Assembly: GCF_963921235.1 (NCBI RefSeq)
Contig: NC_086107.1
Location: 93,684,001 to 93,748,000 of the forward strand
DNA: 64,000 nt
Direction: 5' to 3'
Source of the DNA: Mobula hypostoma
Lineage: Eukaryota
The notes under the pieces are model-generated. The model made no database searches. It saw nothing but the letters and a program-made list of their open reading frames with translations, and had not been told where the DNA came from. Positions 1 to 10,644 of this stretch are shown piece after piece (position 1 is the stretch's first letter; the number at the start of each line of letters is the position of its first letter). Both the position numbers and the translations under genes were made by a program.

Positions 1-425
1 CTCCTCATAACCTTTGACACCCTGACTAATCAAGAACCTATAAACCTCTGCTTTAAATATACCCAATGACTTAATATCCTGAGCCACCTGTGGCAATGAA
101 TTCCACAGATTCACCATCCTCTAGCTAAAGAAATACCTCCTCATTTCTGTTCTAGAGGGACAATCTTGTATTCTGAGGCTGGACCAAGACTCACCTACTA
201 TAGAAAACATTCTCTCCATGTTCACTCTGTCTAGGCCTTTCAATATTCGATAGGTTTCAATGTGATCCCCCCTTATTCTTCTAAACTCCAGTGAGTAGAG
301 GCTAGCTTCTCATACATTAACCCTTTCCTTCCCAGGATCATTCTTGTGAACATCCTCTGGACACTCTCCAACGTTAGCATATCCTTTCTTAGATAAAGGG
401 TCCAAAACTGCTCATAATACTTCTT
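1..425 (-). mobile_element. CR1 (HER1-like) LINE 3' fragment, degenerate
   Basis: The reverse complement matches the CR1 ORF2 C-terminus seen in many plus-strand copies here (gtgaatctgtggaattcattgccacag, ttcttgattagtcaggg). More CR1 sequence lies at ~445-528 and ~1209-1290. Confidence 0.85.
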
Positions 426-530
426 CTCTCCCCTGTTTATGTGTGACCACTTTCAGGGAGTTGTAGTCTTTGACCCCAAGATCCCTCTGTACATCAATGT
501 TGAAAGGGTCCTGCCATTAACTGCATATAA

Positions 531-1208
531 CGGAGGAGGAGAAGATGGCGGCGCGACGCAGCACGCCGCGGCCACTCTGGTGAATATCTGTAATCTGTCA
601 AGTAGGGTGACGTGCACAATCCTGATTTGATGAAGACAGACGCGAGAGGACGGAGGAGCATCTGGTGAAACTTCTGAAATGCCTTTTTCGCTGCCGCTGT
701 TGCTGTGTGATCCAGAATCTCCGGAGGAGAAGGCCCCGAGTCCTTGGCTTTGCTTGTTGCACGGCGGCCGGGACGGGGTCAAAGCGTTCAGCAGAGATGG
801 TGCTCGGTGCTCGGTGTCGAAAGGCTGGTCGGAGGCTCAAACTTTTCGGATGGACTCAGAGTCGGCTGTGGTTGGGTGCTTCCAATGCATCAACAGTTGT
901 CGGTGCCTGGAGGTTTATGGCAGGGAGAGTTTCTCCTTCTGCCGCCTGCTATCGGGGACAATCGGGAGTCAATCGGAACTTTGAGACTTTTTTTTTACCG
1001 TGCCCATGATCTGCTCTTTATCAAATTATGGTATTGTTTTGCACTGCTGTAACTATATGTTATAATTATGTGGTTTTGTCAGCATTAGTCTTTGGTTTAT
1101 CCTGTTTTTTTTGTGATATCACTCTGGAGGAACATTGTATCATTTCTTGATGCATGCATGCATTTCTAAATGATAATAAACGAGGACTGAGTGTCCTCAT
1201 AATCTAAT
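531..1208 (+). mobile_element. Non-autonomous retroposon family A, full-length copy
   Basis: Starts GGAGGAGAAGATGGCGGCG and ends AATAAACGAGGACTGAGTGTCCTCATAATCTAA. Three further copies occur in the window. It interrupts a CR1 fragment, with a short ATATA duplication. Confidence 0.8.
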
Positions 1209-1344
1209 ATACTTTCCTCTTACACTTGACATCCCTAAGTCCATCTCCTCATGTTGCTTTCATTAAACTGCATCTGCCACTTGTCTGCCCATAAAAGGAC
1301 ACAGTGGAAAGGGGTCGCATCTTCAGGTTCCTGGAGTCAACATC

Positions 1345-1905
1345 TCTGGGATGTTGTGTTGAGATTGTATAAGAGGTCAAATTTGGAGTATTGTTTGCAG
1401 TTTTGGTCACCTACCTACAGGAAAGATATAAATAAGGTTGAGTACAGAGAAAAATGACAAGGATGTTGCTGGATCTGGAGGACCTGAGTTATAAGGAAAG
1501 AATGAATAGGTTAGGACTTTAACCCTGAGAACATAAAGGATTAAGGGGAGATTTCATCGGGGTATAGAAAATTATGAGGGGTATAGATCGGGTAAATGCA
1601 AGCAGGGTTTTTTCCACGGAGGTTGGGCGAGACTACAACTAGAGGTCATGGGCTAAGAGTGAGAGTTGAAAAGTTTAAGGGGAACATGAGGGGAAACTTC
1701 TTCACTCAGAAGGTGGTGAGAACGTGGGACAAGCTGCCAGTGCAAGTGGTGCATGAAAGCTCAATTTCAAGGTTTATGCAAAGTTTGGCTAGGTATATGG
1801 GTGATAGGGGAATGGAGGGCAATGGTCCCAGTGCGGGTCAATGGGAGTAGGCATGGACTAGATGGGCCAAAGGGCCTGTTTCTGTGCTGTACTTTTCTAT
1901 GATTC
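1345..1905 (+). mobile_element. CR1 LINE 3' fragment
   Basis: LEYCLQFWSPTYRKDI and TRGHGLRVRVEKFKGNMRGNFFTQKVV motifs, plus the 3' tail gggcctgtttctgtgctgta. Confidence 0.9.
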
Positions 1906-1919
1906 TTTGACTCTATCTA

Positions 1920-2460
1920 TCCTGGTCCCAATGCATTGATGAAATCATGAAGGAGGTACGTCAGCAGCAATGTTTCATTAGGCATTTGAGGAGATTTAGT
2001 ACATCAACAAAGACTCTAGAAAATTTCTGCAGGTGTACCAAGGAGAACATTCCGACTGGTTGCGTTGCCGTCTGGTATGGAGGGGCAAACCAGAATCGGA
2101 AAATGCTGCTGAGGGTTGTAAACTCAGCCAGCTTCATGATGAGCACCAGCTTCCCACCATCGAAGATACCTGCAAAAAGCAATGCCTCAGTAAGGTGGCA
2201 TCCATCTTTAAGGACCCGCACCACCCAGGACATGCCCTCTTTTCATTACTACCATCTGGGTGGAGGTACAGGAACCAGAAGACCTACACTCAGTACTTTA
2301 GGAACAGTTTCTCCCCTCCACCATCAGATTTCTGAATAGCATTTGAGCCCACGAACACTACCTCAATATTTTTGCTCTCTTTTTGCACTACTTAAATTTG
2401 TATATATTTTGTACTGTAATATATATATATATATTTCATGCACTGCACTATATTTCTGCC
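1920..2460 (+). mobile_element. Rex1/Babar LINE 3' fragment
   Basis: Frameshifted LRRF...FCRCTKENIPTGCVAVWYG and IFKDPHHPGHALFSLLPSGWRYR, the Rex1/Babar C-terminal signature. Confidence 0.85.
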
Positions 2461-2930
2461 TAAAGGATCGAACCGAGCTTCACATTAATTCACATGTGCC
2501 AATTTGTGGCAGTGATCTAATGCATTACAGTATGTAAGGCTTTTTGCAAGGTAATACCCATATCACAATAGAAGTAATGATACCTCCTCTGTATAACACC
2601 AGGTAGTCAGAAGTTCCTCAGGATATAAGCTCATATTTTCATTGCGATAAAAAAATACATTATTAAGGATCCCCATCATCCAGGGCATGCTCTCATCTTA
2701 TTGCTACCATTAGGGAGAAGGTACAGGAGCCTGAAGACACACACTCAACTTCTCAGAAACAGCTTCTTTCCCTCTGCCATCAGATTTCTGAACGGACCAT
2801 GAATCCATGAACACTACCTCATTATTTTTGCTCTCTTACTGCACTAGTTATTATTTTAATTTTATATATATATATATATATGAACAATCTTGAATTCTGA
2901 ATAAATTTATTTTTTATTCCAATGAGATTA

Positions 2931-4133
2931 CAGTGGATCTGCATCGGGACCAGTACATTTCATCCCAGTTAAGCAGCTGCCCCAATTAGCTGAAATTTCA
3001 TGGCAATAGTTAAAAAGGTATAAAGGGGACAAATTAACTGAATAACAAATTATGTACTTAAATGAAATACAGAAAAAATTAGAACACTACCAAAACTTCT
3101 ACAGTAAAACTATGTATTAGTTCCTAAAAACTTATCAACTGAGGAATTTGATGGAGACAGACGTGAGAGCACGGAGGAACATCTGATTAAACTTCTGAAA
3201 TGCTGCTTCGCTGCTGTTGCTGTGTGATCGAGAATCTCCGGAGGAGAAGGCCCCGAGTCCTCGGCTTTGCTTGTTGCTCGGCAGCCGGGGCGAGGTCGAA
3301 GCGCTCGGCAGAAGATGGTGCTCGATGCTCGGTGTCAAAGGGCTGGTCGGAGGCTCGAAGGTTTCGGACGGACTCAGAGTCCGCTGCGGTCGGGTGCTTC
3401 CAATGGTGCTGCATCGGCAAGTTTGCGGAGCTTGGAGGTTCATGGCGGAGAGAGTTTCTCTCTTTTACCGTCTGCGTGAGATGATGAGGCTATCGGGACT
3501 GAGACATTTTTTTTACCGTGCCCATGGTCTGCTCTTTATCAAATTACAGTATTGCTTTGCACTGTTGTAACTATATGTTATAATTATGTGGTTTTGTCAG
3601 TTTTAGTCTTTGGTTTGTCCTGTGTTTCTTGTGATATCATTTTGGAGGAACATTGTATCATTTTTAATGCATGCATTTCTAAATGACCATAAACGAGGAC
3701 TGAGTGTCCTCATAATCTAAAGAAAATCTAATCTAAGAAAAATTTATTCAAAGGACACTCATACGATTTATTGATTAACTATAAGTGAACCAAAGTAGCA
3801 CAGACACCTAGAGCAGATTGTGGACTGTCTTCATACAATGCTACCATTGACTGCATCCTCCAAATCTTCATTTTCATTGTAACATTCAAGATGATGGTTT
3901 CAAATTCTTCGTAGTTCTGAAGTCAGTGAAGTAGTGAAATAGTTCCATTTTCATTCACAGCTGTTTCAGGCACCTCTAAGCCTGAATGCTTGAAACCACA
4001 GTGAACAAAACGGTTCTGAATTGTCTTACTGTTTATTATCACCAACTATCAACAAAGAGAATCCAGTTATTTTTCAATTTGTTTTTGTTCTTTAAGAGTT
4101 GTCCCCAATAATGGCCCAATTAACCAGAATCTA
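2931..4133. mobile_element. pogo/Tigger-like non-autonomous DNA transposon, interrupted by family A
   Basis: TA-CAGTGGAT left end and CCAATTAACCAGAATC right end. It is the reverse-orientation homologue of 46598-47506. Confidence 0.7.
3146..3736 (+). mobile_element. Family A retroposon, 5'-truncated copy
   Basis: Highly similar to ~625-1208, with the same hairpin and ATCTA tail. The 5' truncation suggests target-primed reverse transcription. Confidence 0.8.
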
Positions 4134-4532
4134 TATATATATTTCTTATTATAATTTAGATTTTTTTATGTATTGCATTGTAATGCTGCCATAAAACTGG
4201 TTATTTCTGGTTCAACAGCAACTAATGTGTGTGCTAACATCACATAAGGCCATAAGACCATAAGATATAGGAGCAGAATTAGGCCCAAGACTACTCACAA
4301 TACTCCAAGTGAGGCCTCACCAGGTGCTCGATAAAGACTCAACATGGACAATTACATCACAGACACATGACTTATTCACATGTGTATATTCCCATAACTA
4401 TGTTATCAGAATTTATATATCACAGCTGGAAATTTAGTGTTCAATATTGCACAGAGTTATTAATATTCAAGTATTACACCATTACAAATATCGACTATTA
4501 GTATTTAACTGCAAATAATTAACGATTATGTA

Positions 4533-5513
4533 CATTCAGTGGCCACTTTATTAGGTACACTTGTACACATGCTCGTTAATGCAAAATATCCATGAGGGAG
4601 CACCATGGTAGCGTACTGGTTAGCACGACATTATGACAGCTCAGGGCGTTAGAGTTCGGAGTTCAAATCCAGCATCCTCTGTAAGAAAATTTGTACATTT
4701 TCCCATGCATGTATGTGGGTTTCCTGCACGTGCTCCGATTTTCTTCCACTTTCCGAAGGTGCACCATTTAGTGGGTTAACTGGTCATTGTAAATTGTCCT
4801 GTGATTAGACTAGTGTTAAATAGGTGGGTTGCTGGGCAGTGGGGTTTGTTGCACCAGAAGGGCCTGTTCCTTGCTGTATCTACAAATAAAATAAATCTAA
4901 TCAGCCAGTCATGTAACTGCAACTCAATGCATAAAAGCATGCAGACAAGGTCAAGAGGTTCGGTTGTTGTTCAGTGCAAACATCAGAATGGAGAAGAAAT
5001 ATGATTTAAGTGACTTTGATCATGGAATGATTGTTGGTACCAGACAGGATGGTTTGAGTATCTCAGAAACAATTGATCTCCTGGGATTGTCACACACGAC
5101 AGATATAAAGTTTACAGAGAATGGTATGAGAAGCAAGAAGTATCCAGTGAACAACAGTGCTGTGGGCTAAAATGCCTTGTTAATGAGAGAGGTCAGAGGA
5201 GAACGGCCAGACTGGTTCAAGCTGTCAGGAAGGCGACAGTAACTCAAATACTTATTAATTTATTCAGATACAGCACAGTGTAGGGCCTTCTGGCGTTTCA
5301 AGCCGCACCATCCGGCAAACCCAGATTTTACCCTAGCCTAATCACAGGACAAGTTACAATGACCAATTAACCTGCCAACCACACATTACAACAGAAGAGC
5401 ACCTCTGAACGCAAACCACATCGAATCTTGAAGAGAATGGTCTACAACAGTAGAAGACCACAAACATAAACTGAGTGGCCACTTTATTAGGTACAGGAAG
5501 CAGCCATTGAGTG
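4533..5513 (+). mobile_element. Tc1-family non-autonomous transposon with an N-terminal transposase remnant and two SINE insertions
   Basis: TA-CATTCAGTGGCCACTTTATTAGGTAC left TIR and ...CATTGAGTG-TA right end. ORF 4964-5170 reads DLSDFDHGMIVGTRQDGLSISETIDLLG (Tc1 paired-like HTH). Confidence 0.85.
4597..4895 (+). mobile_element. HE1-type V-SINE (tRNA head, V domain, CR1 tail)
   Basis: Head tggtagcgtactggttagc, V-domain-like gtgggtttcctgcacgtgctccgatttt, and tail gaagggcctgttccttgctgtatct shared with CR1 3' ends. Confidence 0.8.
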
Positions 5514-5524
5514 TATAGTAGATG

Positions 5525-5985
5525 GTAAACCATGAACACAGTATTTCACTCTGGGTCATTAATATTCGTAGATATTGCACCTTGCATAGGTAATGCTCAC
5601 AGACATCACTATGGAATGTTACCATTCAAAGATATTTAATGTATAATTAATGTTCATAAATATTGTACAGTGAGTTATTAATATTCACAGATATTTCACC
5701 GTGGATAATAATTACTCAAATGCATTACTCTTTAAGTCACTTATATTCAAGTATTGAACTGTGGATAATTAATATTCCAAAATATCATACTGGGAATTAT
5801 TCGCATTGAGGTATAATACCAAGGGTAATAAATACTCACATGTATCGCACTGAGGGGCATTTATTTTCAAAGTTATTCCACAATAGATATTTATTACACA
5901 GGCGCTGAATTTTGTCAGAAATACGGAAGGACCACACTGGGGGTAATTAATACAAATATCACATGATGCATCATTTATAGTCAGA
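5525..5985. repeat. Degenerate AT-rich minisatellite, ~30-31 bp unit
   Basis: Units such as TTAATATTCACAGATATTTCACCGTGGATAA recur at ~30-bp spacing. Similar units at ~4345-4530. Confidence 0.65.
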
Positions 5986-5986
5986 G

Positions 5987-6812
5987 AGGCGGAGTAAAGT
6001 CAAGATGGTGCTAAATGCCGACTCCTTTGCTCACATCTTCGGAAACAGCTCTATTTCTACCTTTGATATCTCTTTTTTTCCCTTTTCGAGGTTCTTTTGA
6101 AGACGCTGACCTGGAGTTACATGCTGACTTTGGTTCTTTGCGGGAAAGGGACCCACTCTCAGGGCCTCACAACCGGCTGCTATTTGATGTCCCAAAGACG
6201 TGACCTAGAAGACTAGCGCGCCTCAGGGTGCCGGATTTCCGTGGCTCCAGAGACGGGCTGATTCAAGGCCAGTGGCCCTGACTGAGATGTCGTGGGAGAA
6301 CCCAAAACATCAAGAGCAGCGAGCTGGCCGCTGGCTGGGAGTCCAGAGACCTGAGCTCTCTGAGTGCAGAGCTCAGAAAAACCGACGCAACAGACTTTTA
6401 ACATCATAAATCAGCAAGTTGTTTGTTATGTCTCCCCCCTCACTGTTAAACCAGGACAACTCTTTTTCCCTTATTAGGGACAGACAGAGAACCTGTGATA
6501 TGTCGAATTACCGGGTGAACGAGTAGTCTTTGGGGAACTGCGAGTCTGCGTCTTTACTGATGCTTTGCTGCATGCTTGAGTGCTCGGTGGAGGGCACCGA
6601 TGCTTTTTTTTGCTGGTGGGAGTGGGTGGGGGTCATTGCCTTGCTGCTGCTTGAGTGTAGGACGGGGGAGCAGTGAGGGGGTTGGCTTTGGGCTTCTAAA
6701 GTTTGACTGTCAATCATTCTTTGGGGCACTCCTCTGTTTTTGTGGATGTTTGCAAAGAAAAAGAATTTCAGGACGTATATTGTATACGTTTCTCTGATAT
6801 TAAAAGTACCTA
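5987..6812 (+). mobile_element. Non-autonomous retroposon family B
   Basis: GTCAAGATGGTG 5' motif, non-coding GC-rich body, and a Rex-like 3' end (gaatttcaggacgtatattgtatacgtttctctgatattaaa...ttgaact). Confidence 0.6.
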
Positions 6813-6859
6813 TTGAACTATAGGTAACCAATAGTCACAAATACAAGAAAACTCACCAG

Positions 6860-7368
6860 TGCCTCTACTTCCACAGAAGGTCAGGGAAATTAGGGATGTC
6901 CCAGATTTTACTGATGCACCGTAGAAAGTGTGTCGTCTGGATGCATCACAGCTTCGTATGGCAACCACACAACTGCCTGGTAGGGAGGCTCCAATGCACA
7001 AGATTGCCAGATGGACTCAGCCAGCTCCATCACAGGAACAGCCCTCCTATTACCGAGACCTTTTCAAAAGGTGCTGCCAGCACCCAGGGTCGGAATAAGC
7101 CTCAGAGGGCTGTAAAATCAGCCGTCTGCGTCATGGACAGTAGCCTTCCCACCACTGAGAGCACCGTCAAAGGCTGATGCCTTAAAGAGGAAGCTTCTGT
7201 CATTAAGGACCCTTACCACCCAAAACATGCCCTCCTCCCATCACTACCTTCAGGGAGGAGGTACAGGAGCCCAAAGATACACACTCAACATTGTGGGAAC
7301 AGCTTCTTCCCCTCTGCTATCAGCTTTCTGATGGTCCAAGAACCCATGAACACAACCTCACTATTCCT
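6860..7368 (+). mobile_element. Rex1/Babar 3' fragment with an internal duplication
   Basis: aaggacccttaccacccaaaacatgccctc...gggaggaggtacaggagcc. The 3' UTR resumes near 8225 and 9257. Confidence 0.75.
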
Positions 7369-7371
7369 CTT

Positions 7372-8222
7372 AGAGGAGCAAGGAACAGGACGCCAACAGA
7401 TTCTGCAGTTCCTGACGACTTCTTCTAGTTCGTCCACGAAACAGCATATTTCTCTTCTTTTATGTCTTTCCTTTCTTTTCGACGTGGTCGTGGTTCTGTC
7501 GGAGCCTATGGTCCACAGTTCAAACTACAGTTCTTTGCGAGTGGTGGTTTTCGGACTGACTGTCTGGCCTAGTGCTTCGCTAAGGCCTGGAAGACGTGCG
7601 CCCTCAGGGCTGGGAGTTCAGAAGCCGGAGAGCAGCCCCGTGGGCGACCCAGTTCCTTGCCGGTTTTCCGGACTGAAGCACTGGTGAGAGTGAAGCATCG
7701 AGACTGAAACACCGAGAGAGCAGGCCAATCACCGGCTGCTGTGGAGGAACACTCCTCTTTCGATGGAGAGTGGGAGTGAGAGCCTGTCAGTCCTCAAGAC
7801 GGTGGGGGGGTGGCTTGGAGAAGATTTTAACATCAGGACAGCGAGTTGCTGGACTCCCTTCTTGTTGCAGGAGCAACCTAAATATCTTTTGCTAAGAGAG
7901 AGCCTGTCTGAGATAGCGAGGTACTGGTTTGTGGCCTGTAGTTTTGATGGACTCTGGATCAAGAAGCCTTTGGGGCTTTGGGGCTTCCGCTGTTACTTCC
8001 ATTTTGTGGCATGGGAAGTCGGTGCATTCGCTGGTGTGGGTGGCAAGGGAAGGGGTGGGTCATTGCTTTTGCTGCTGTTTGTGCAAAGAGAAGGGCGGGC
8101 GGGGCTTTGATTTTCTAACATTCATTCTACAGGGTTCCGTGTTTCATGGATGTCTGTGAATACGAATTTCAGGTTGCAAATGGTATACCTGATCTGATAT
8201 TAAAAACAACCTTTGAGCCCTT
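7372..8222 (+). mobile_element. Non-autonomous retroposon family C
   Basis: Inserted in a Rex 3' UTR. Its 3' end (gaatttcaggttg...ctgatattaaaaacaacctttga) resembles that of family B. Confidence 0.55.
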
Positions 8223-8257
8223 ACACTATTTGCACTAATACACCTTTGCACCAAGGT

Positions 8258-9256
8258 GCTGGTTAAGATGGCACTACTGAACATGTGCGATAGCTTCCTG
8301 GTAGTGAAAAAGCTAAAAAAAAATGCATAAAAACATCACTAAAACGACCTTTTCTGAGGTAAATTGTGTTAAATTATCACCGCAAACAGTGAAGAGGTGG
8401 CGAGGCAAGTTCGGGAGATGAGCCAAGATGGTACGTTGCAGGATCGATGCAGGTGGAGTTCCGATGCCTGTACAACTGGCCCGGGTGCAAAGCTGGATTG
8501 CTCTGGGCACCACAAGGAGAAGTCAGGGTCCGAGCAGAGGAGATTAGATTTCGATGCTTGTACATTGGCCTGGGTGCACAGCTGGATTATTCTGGGTGCT
8601 GAGCTGATTTGAAGGGTTTGAGAGTGGCTTCGGATTGGGCAACGATACCTGGGCCTGGAGCGAGGCACTGGGCAGCGTGGTCAAGGCCTGGGGCCTTTTG
8701 CAGCAGTAGTGCCTGGGTCCTAGTGTGAGGTACAATTTAAACGCTGGACCAGATCAGAGGCGAGAGCTTATTTTCCTCATTCTCCTCTCTCCAGGATACA
8801 GAATCTTTCACTGTTCCGTCATGGGGTCAGTTTAAAACACCAGCCCAAGACTGAAAAGACAAAGTGTCAGTCGGGACAAGAGCCATTTCACTCTTTATCC
8901 ACTATGGTCATCTCCATGGCACTGAGGCTATGAAAACTGTCCTGGTGGCTGTGCTCCGTGCCCACTAATATGATAAACTGATAGGTGAGGCTTTGGGCCT
9001 ACTGTGAGCTGCTCCAGGCTTCAGACCTAAGGACTCATTTTTGGTTTGGAATGCTGTTGTTCACTTCAGTTGCTTGCATGACTTGGGTTTTTTTTTCTTT
9101 CTCTTTCGCATCGAGTGTTGGTCCTCTATTTACATTTTTTTTCTTTAAATTGGGTTCTTTGGGGTTTCTTGCTTTCTGGCTACCTGTGAGCAAGCAAATC
9201 TCAAGGTCGTGTAACTTATACATTCTTTGATAATAATTGTACTTGAACTTGAACTA
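8258..9256 (+). mobile_element. Non-autonomous retroposon family D
   Basis: GGTTAAGATGGCA 5' motif. The tail tgataataattgtacttgaacttgaact matches Rex tails at ~15610-15640 and ~40610-40640. Confidence 0.6.
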
Positions 9257-9825
9257 TTTACTTACATTTGTTTAATATTTATTATTGTAATTTATAGTAA
9301 TTTTTATGACTTCCTGCCACAAAACGAATTTCTTCAATACCGGAGGTTCTATGGATGCTGGAAATCCAAAGTAAAATGCTGGAGGAGCTCAACGGGTTGG
9401 GTAGCATCTAAAGAGCAGAGAGCCCTCATCAAGACAAATTTTATGATATATTTCAGTGATAATAATTGTGATTCTGAGCCTGAAAATTGCAGAGGGACGA
9501 CATAAGAGACTGCAGATGCTGGAATCAGGAGTACACACAGAGGAGCTGGAGGAACTCAGTGGGCCTGGCAGCATCTACAGAACGAAATGGACTGATCACC
9601 GGCTTGGTTCTGCTGCCCTTCCCTGTTGTAATGTGAGCATTATTAAAAGTAAGTTAAGACTAATTAGGAATGGGGGGGCAGGGTTCACTTCCGTTCTTTT
9701 ACTTCCAGTGCTCTGTACATAGTGTTCCTGCCTTGCCGTATGGATCGTGAAAGCCTCTGTGTATACATAACGGTTTTGACGTTCGAGATAAAGTGGGTTT
9801 TTTGGGCATGAAGTTGTTGAGTGTA

Positions 9826-10450
9826 AACACAAAATAATCTGCAGATGCTGGGATCAAAGCAACACTCACAACACGCTGGAGGATCTCAGCAGGTCGGGCA
9901 GCATCCATGGAAATGATCAGTCAACATTTTGGGCCGGAACCCTTCATCAGGACTGTAGAGGGAAGGGGCAGAGGCCCTATAAGGAAAGTGGAGGGAGGGT
10001 GGGAAGGAGAAGGCTGGTAGGTTCCAGGTGAAAAACCAGTAAGGGGAAAGATAAAGGGGTGAGGGAGGGAAAGCAGGGAGGTGATAGGCAGGAAAGGTGA
10101 AGAAGGAATAGGGGAAAACATAATGGGTAGTAGAAGGAGGCGGAACCATGAGGGAGGTGATAGGCAGCTGGGGGAGGGGGCAGAGTGACATAGGGATAGA
10201 GGAAGGGAGGGGGAGGGAATTACGCGAAGCTGGAGAATTCTATGTTCATACCAAGGGGCTGGAGACTACCTAGACGGTATATGAGGTGTTGCTCCTCCAA
10301 CCTGAGTTTAGCCTCATCATGGTAGTAGAGGCGGCCATGTATGGACATATCTGAATGGGAGTGGGAAGCAGAGTTGAAGTGGGTGGCTTCTGGGAGATCC
10401 TGTCTGTTGTGGCAGATGGAGCGGAGGTGCTCGATGAAGCGGTTGTCAAG
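9826..10450 (-). mobile_element. Penelope-like element 3' part (GIY-YIG C-terminus and pLTR)
   Basis: ORF 10220-10504 reads RFIEHLRSI...HFNS.SHS...RLEEQHLIYRLGSLQPLGMNIEF. A pLTR with a decayed hammerhead lies at ~9919-9955. Confidence 0.9.
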
Positions 10451-10644
10451 TGTGCTTTTTTCAAAGTAGAAGTTACCACATCCCCTTCCCCCACCTCCAT
10501 ACACAGGCTTCCTCTTTATTTCTAGTCCAGACGAAGGGCCTCAAACAGAAACATTGACTGTCCCTTTTCCTCCACAGAATCTGCCTGACCATTGATTTTC
10601 CCCAGCTCTTTGTGCGTTGCTCAAGAAATCGCAGAGAGTTATAA

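Noticed and set aside
665..1052. Recurrent 100+ aa ORFs (MKLLKCLFRCRCCCV..., also at 3200, 14730 and 33507) suggesting a small gene family
   Set aside because: All lie in family A repeats. Frames and stops differ between copies, no domain is recognisable, and GC richness explains the open frames.
5525..5985. Periodic ~30-bp pattern resembling a CRISPR array
   Set aside because: Units are contiguous and degenerate with no repeat-spacer alternation, there are no cas genes, and the context is a vertebrate genome.
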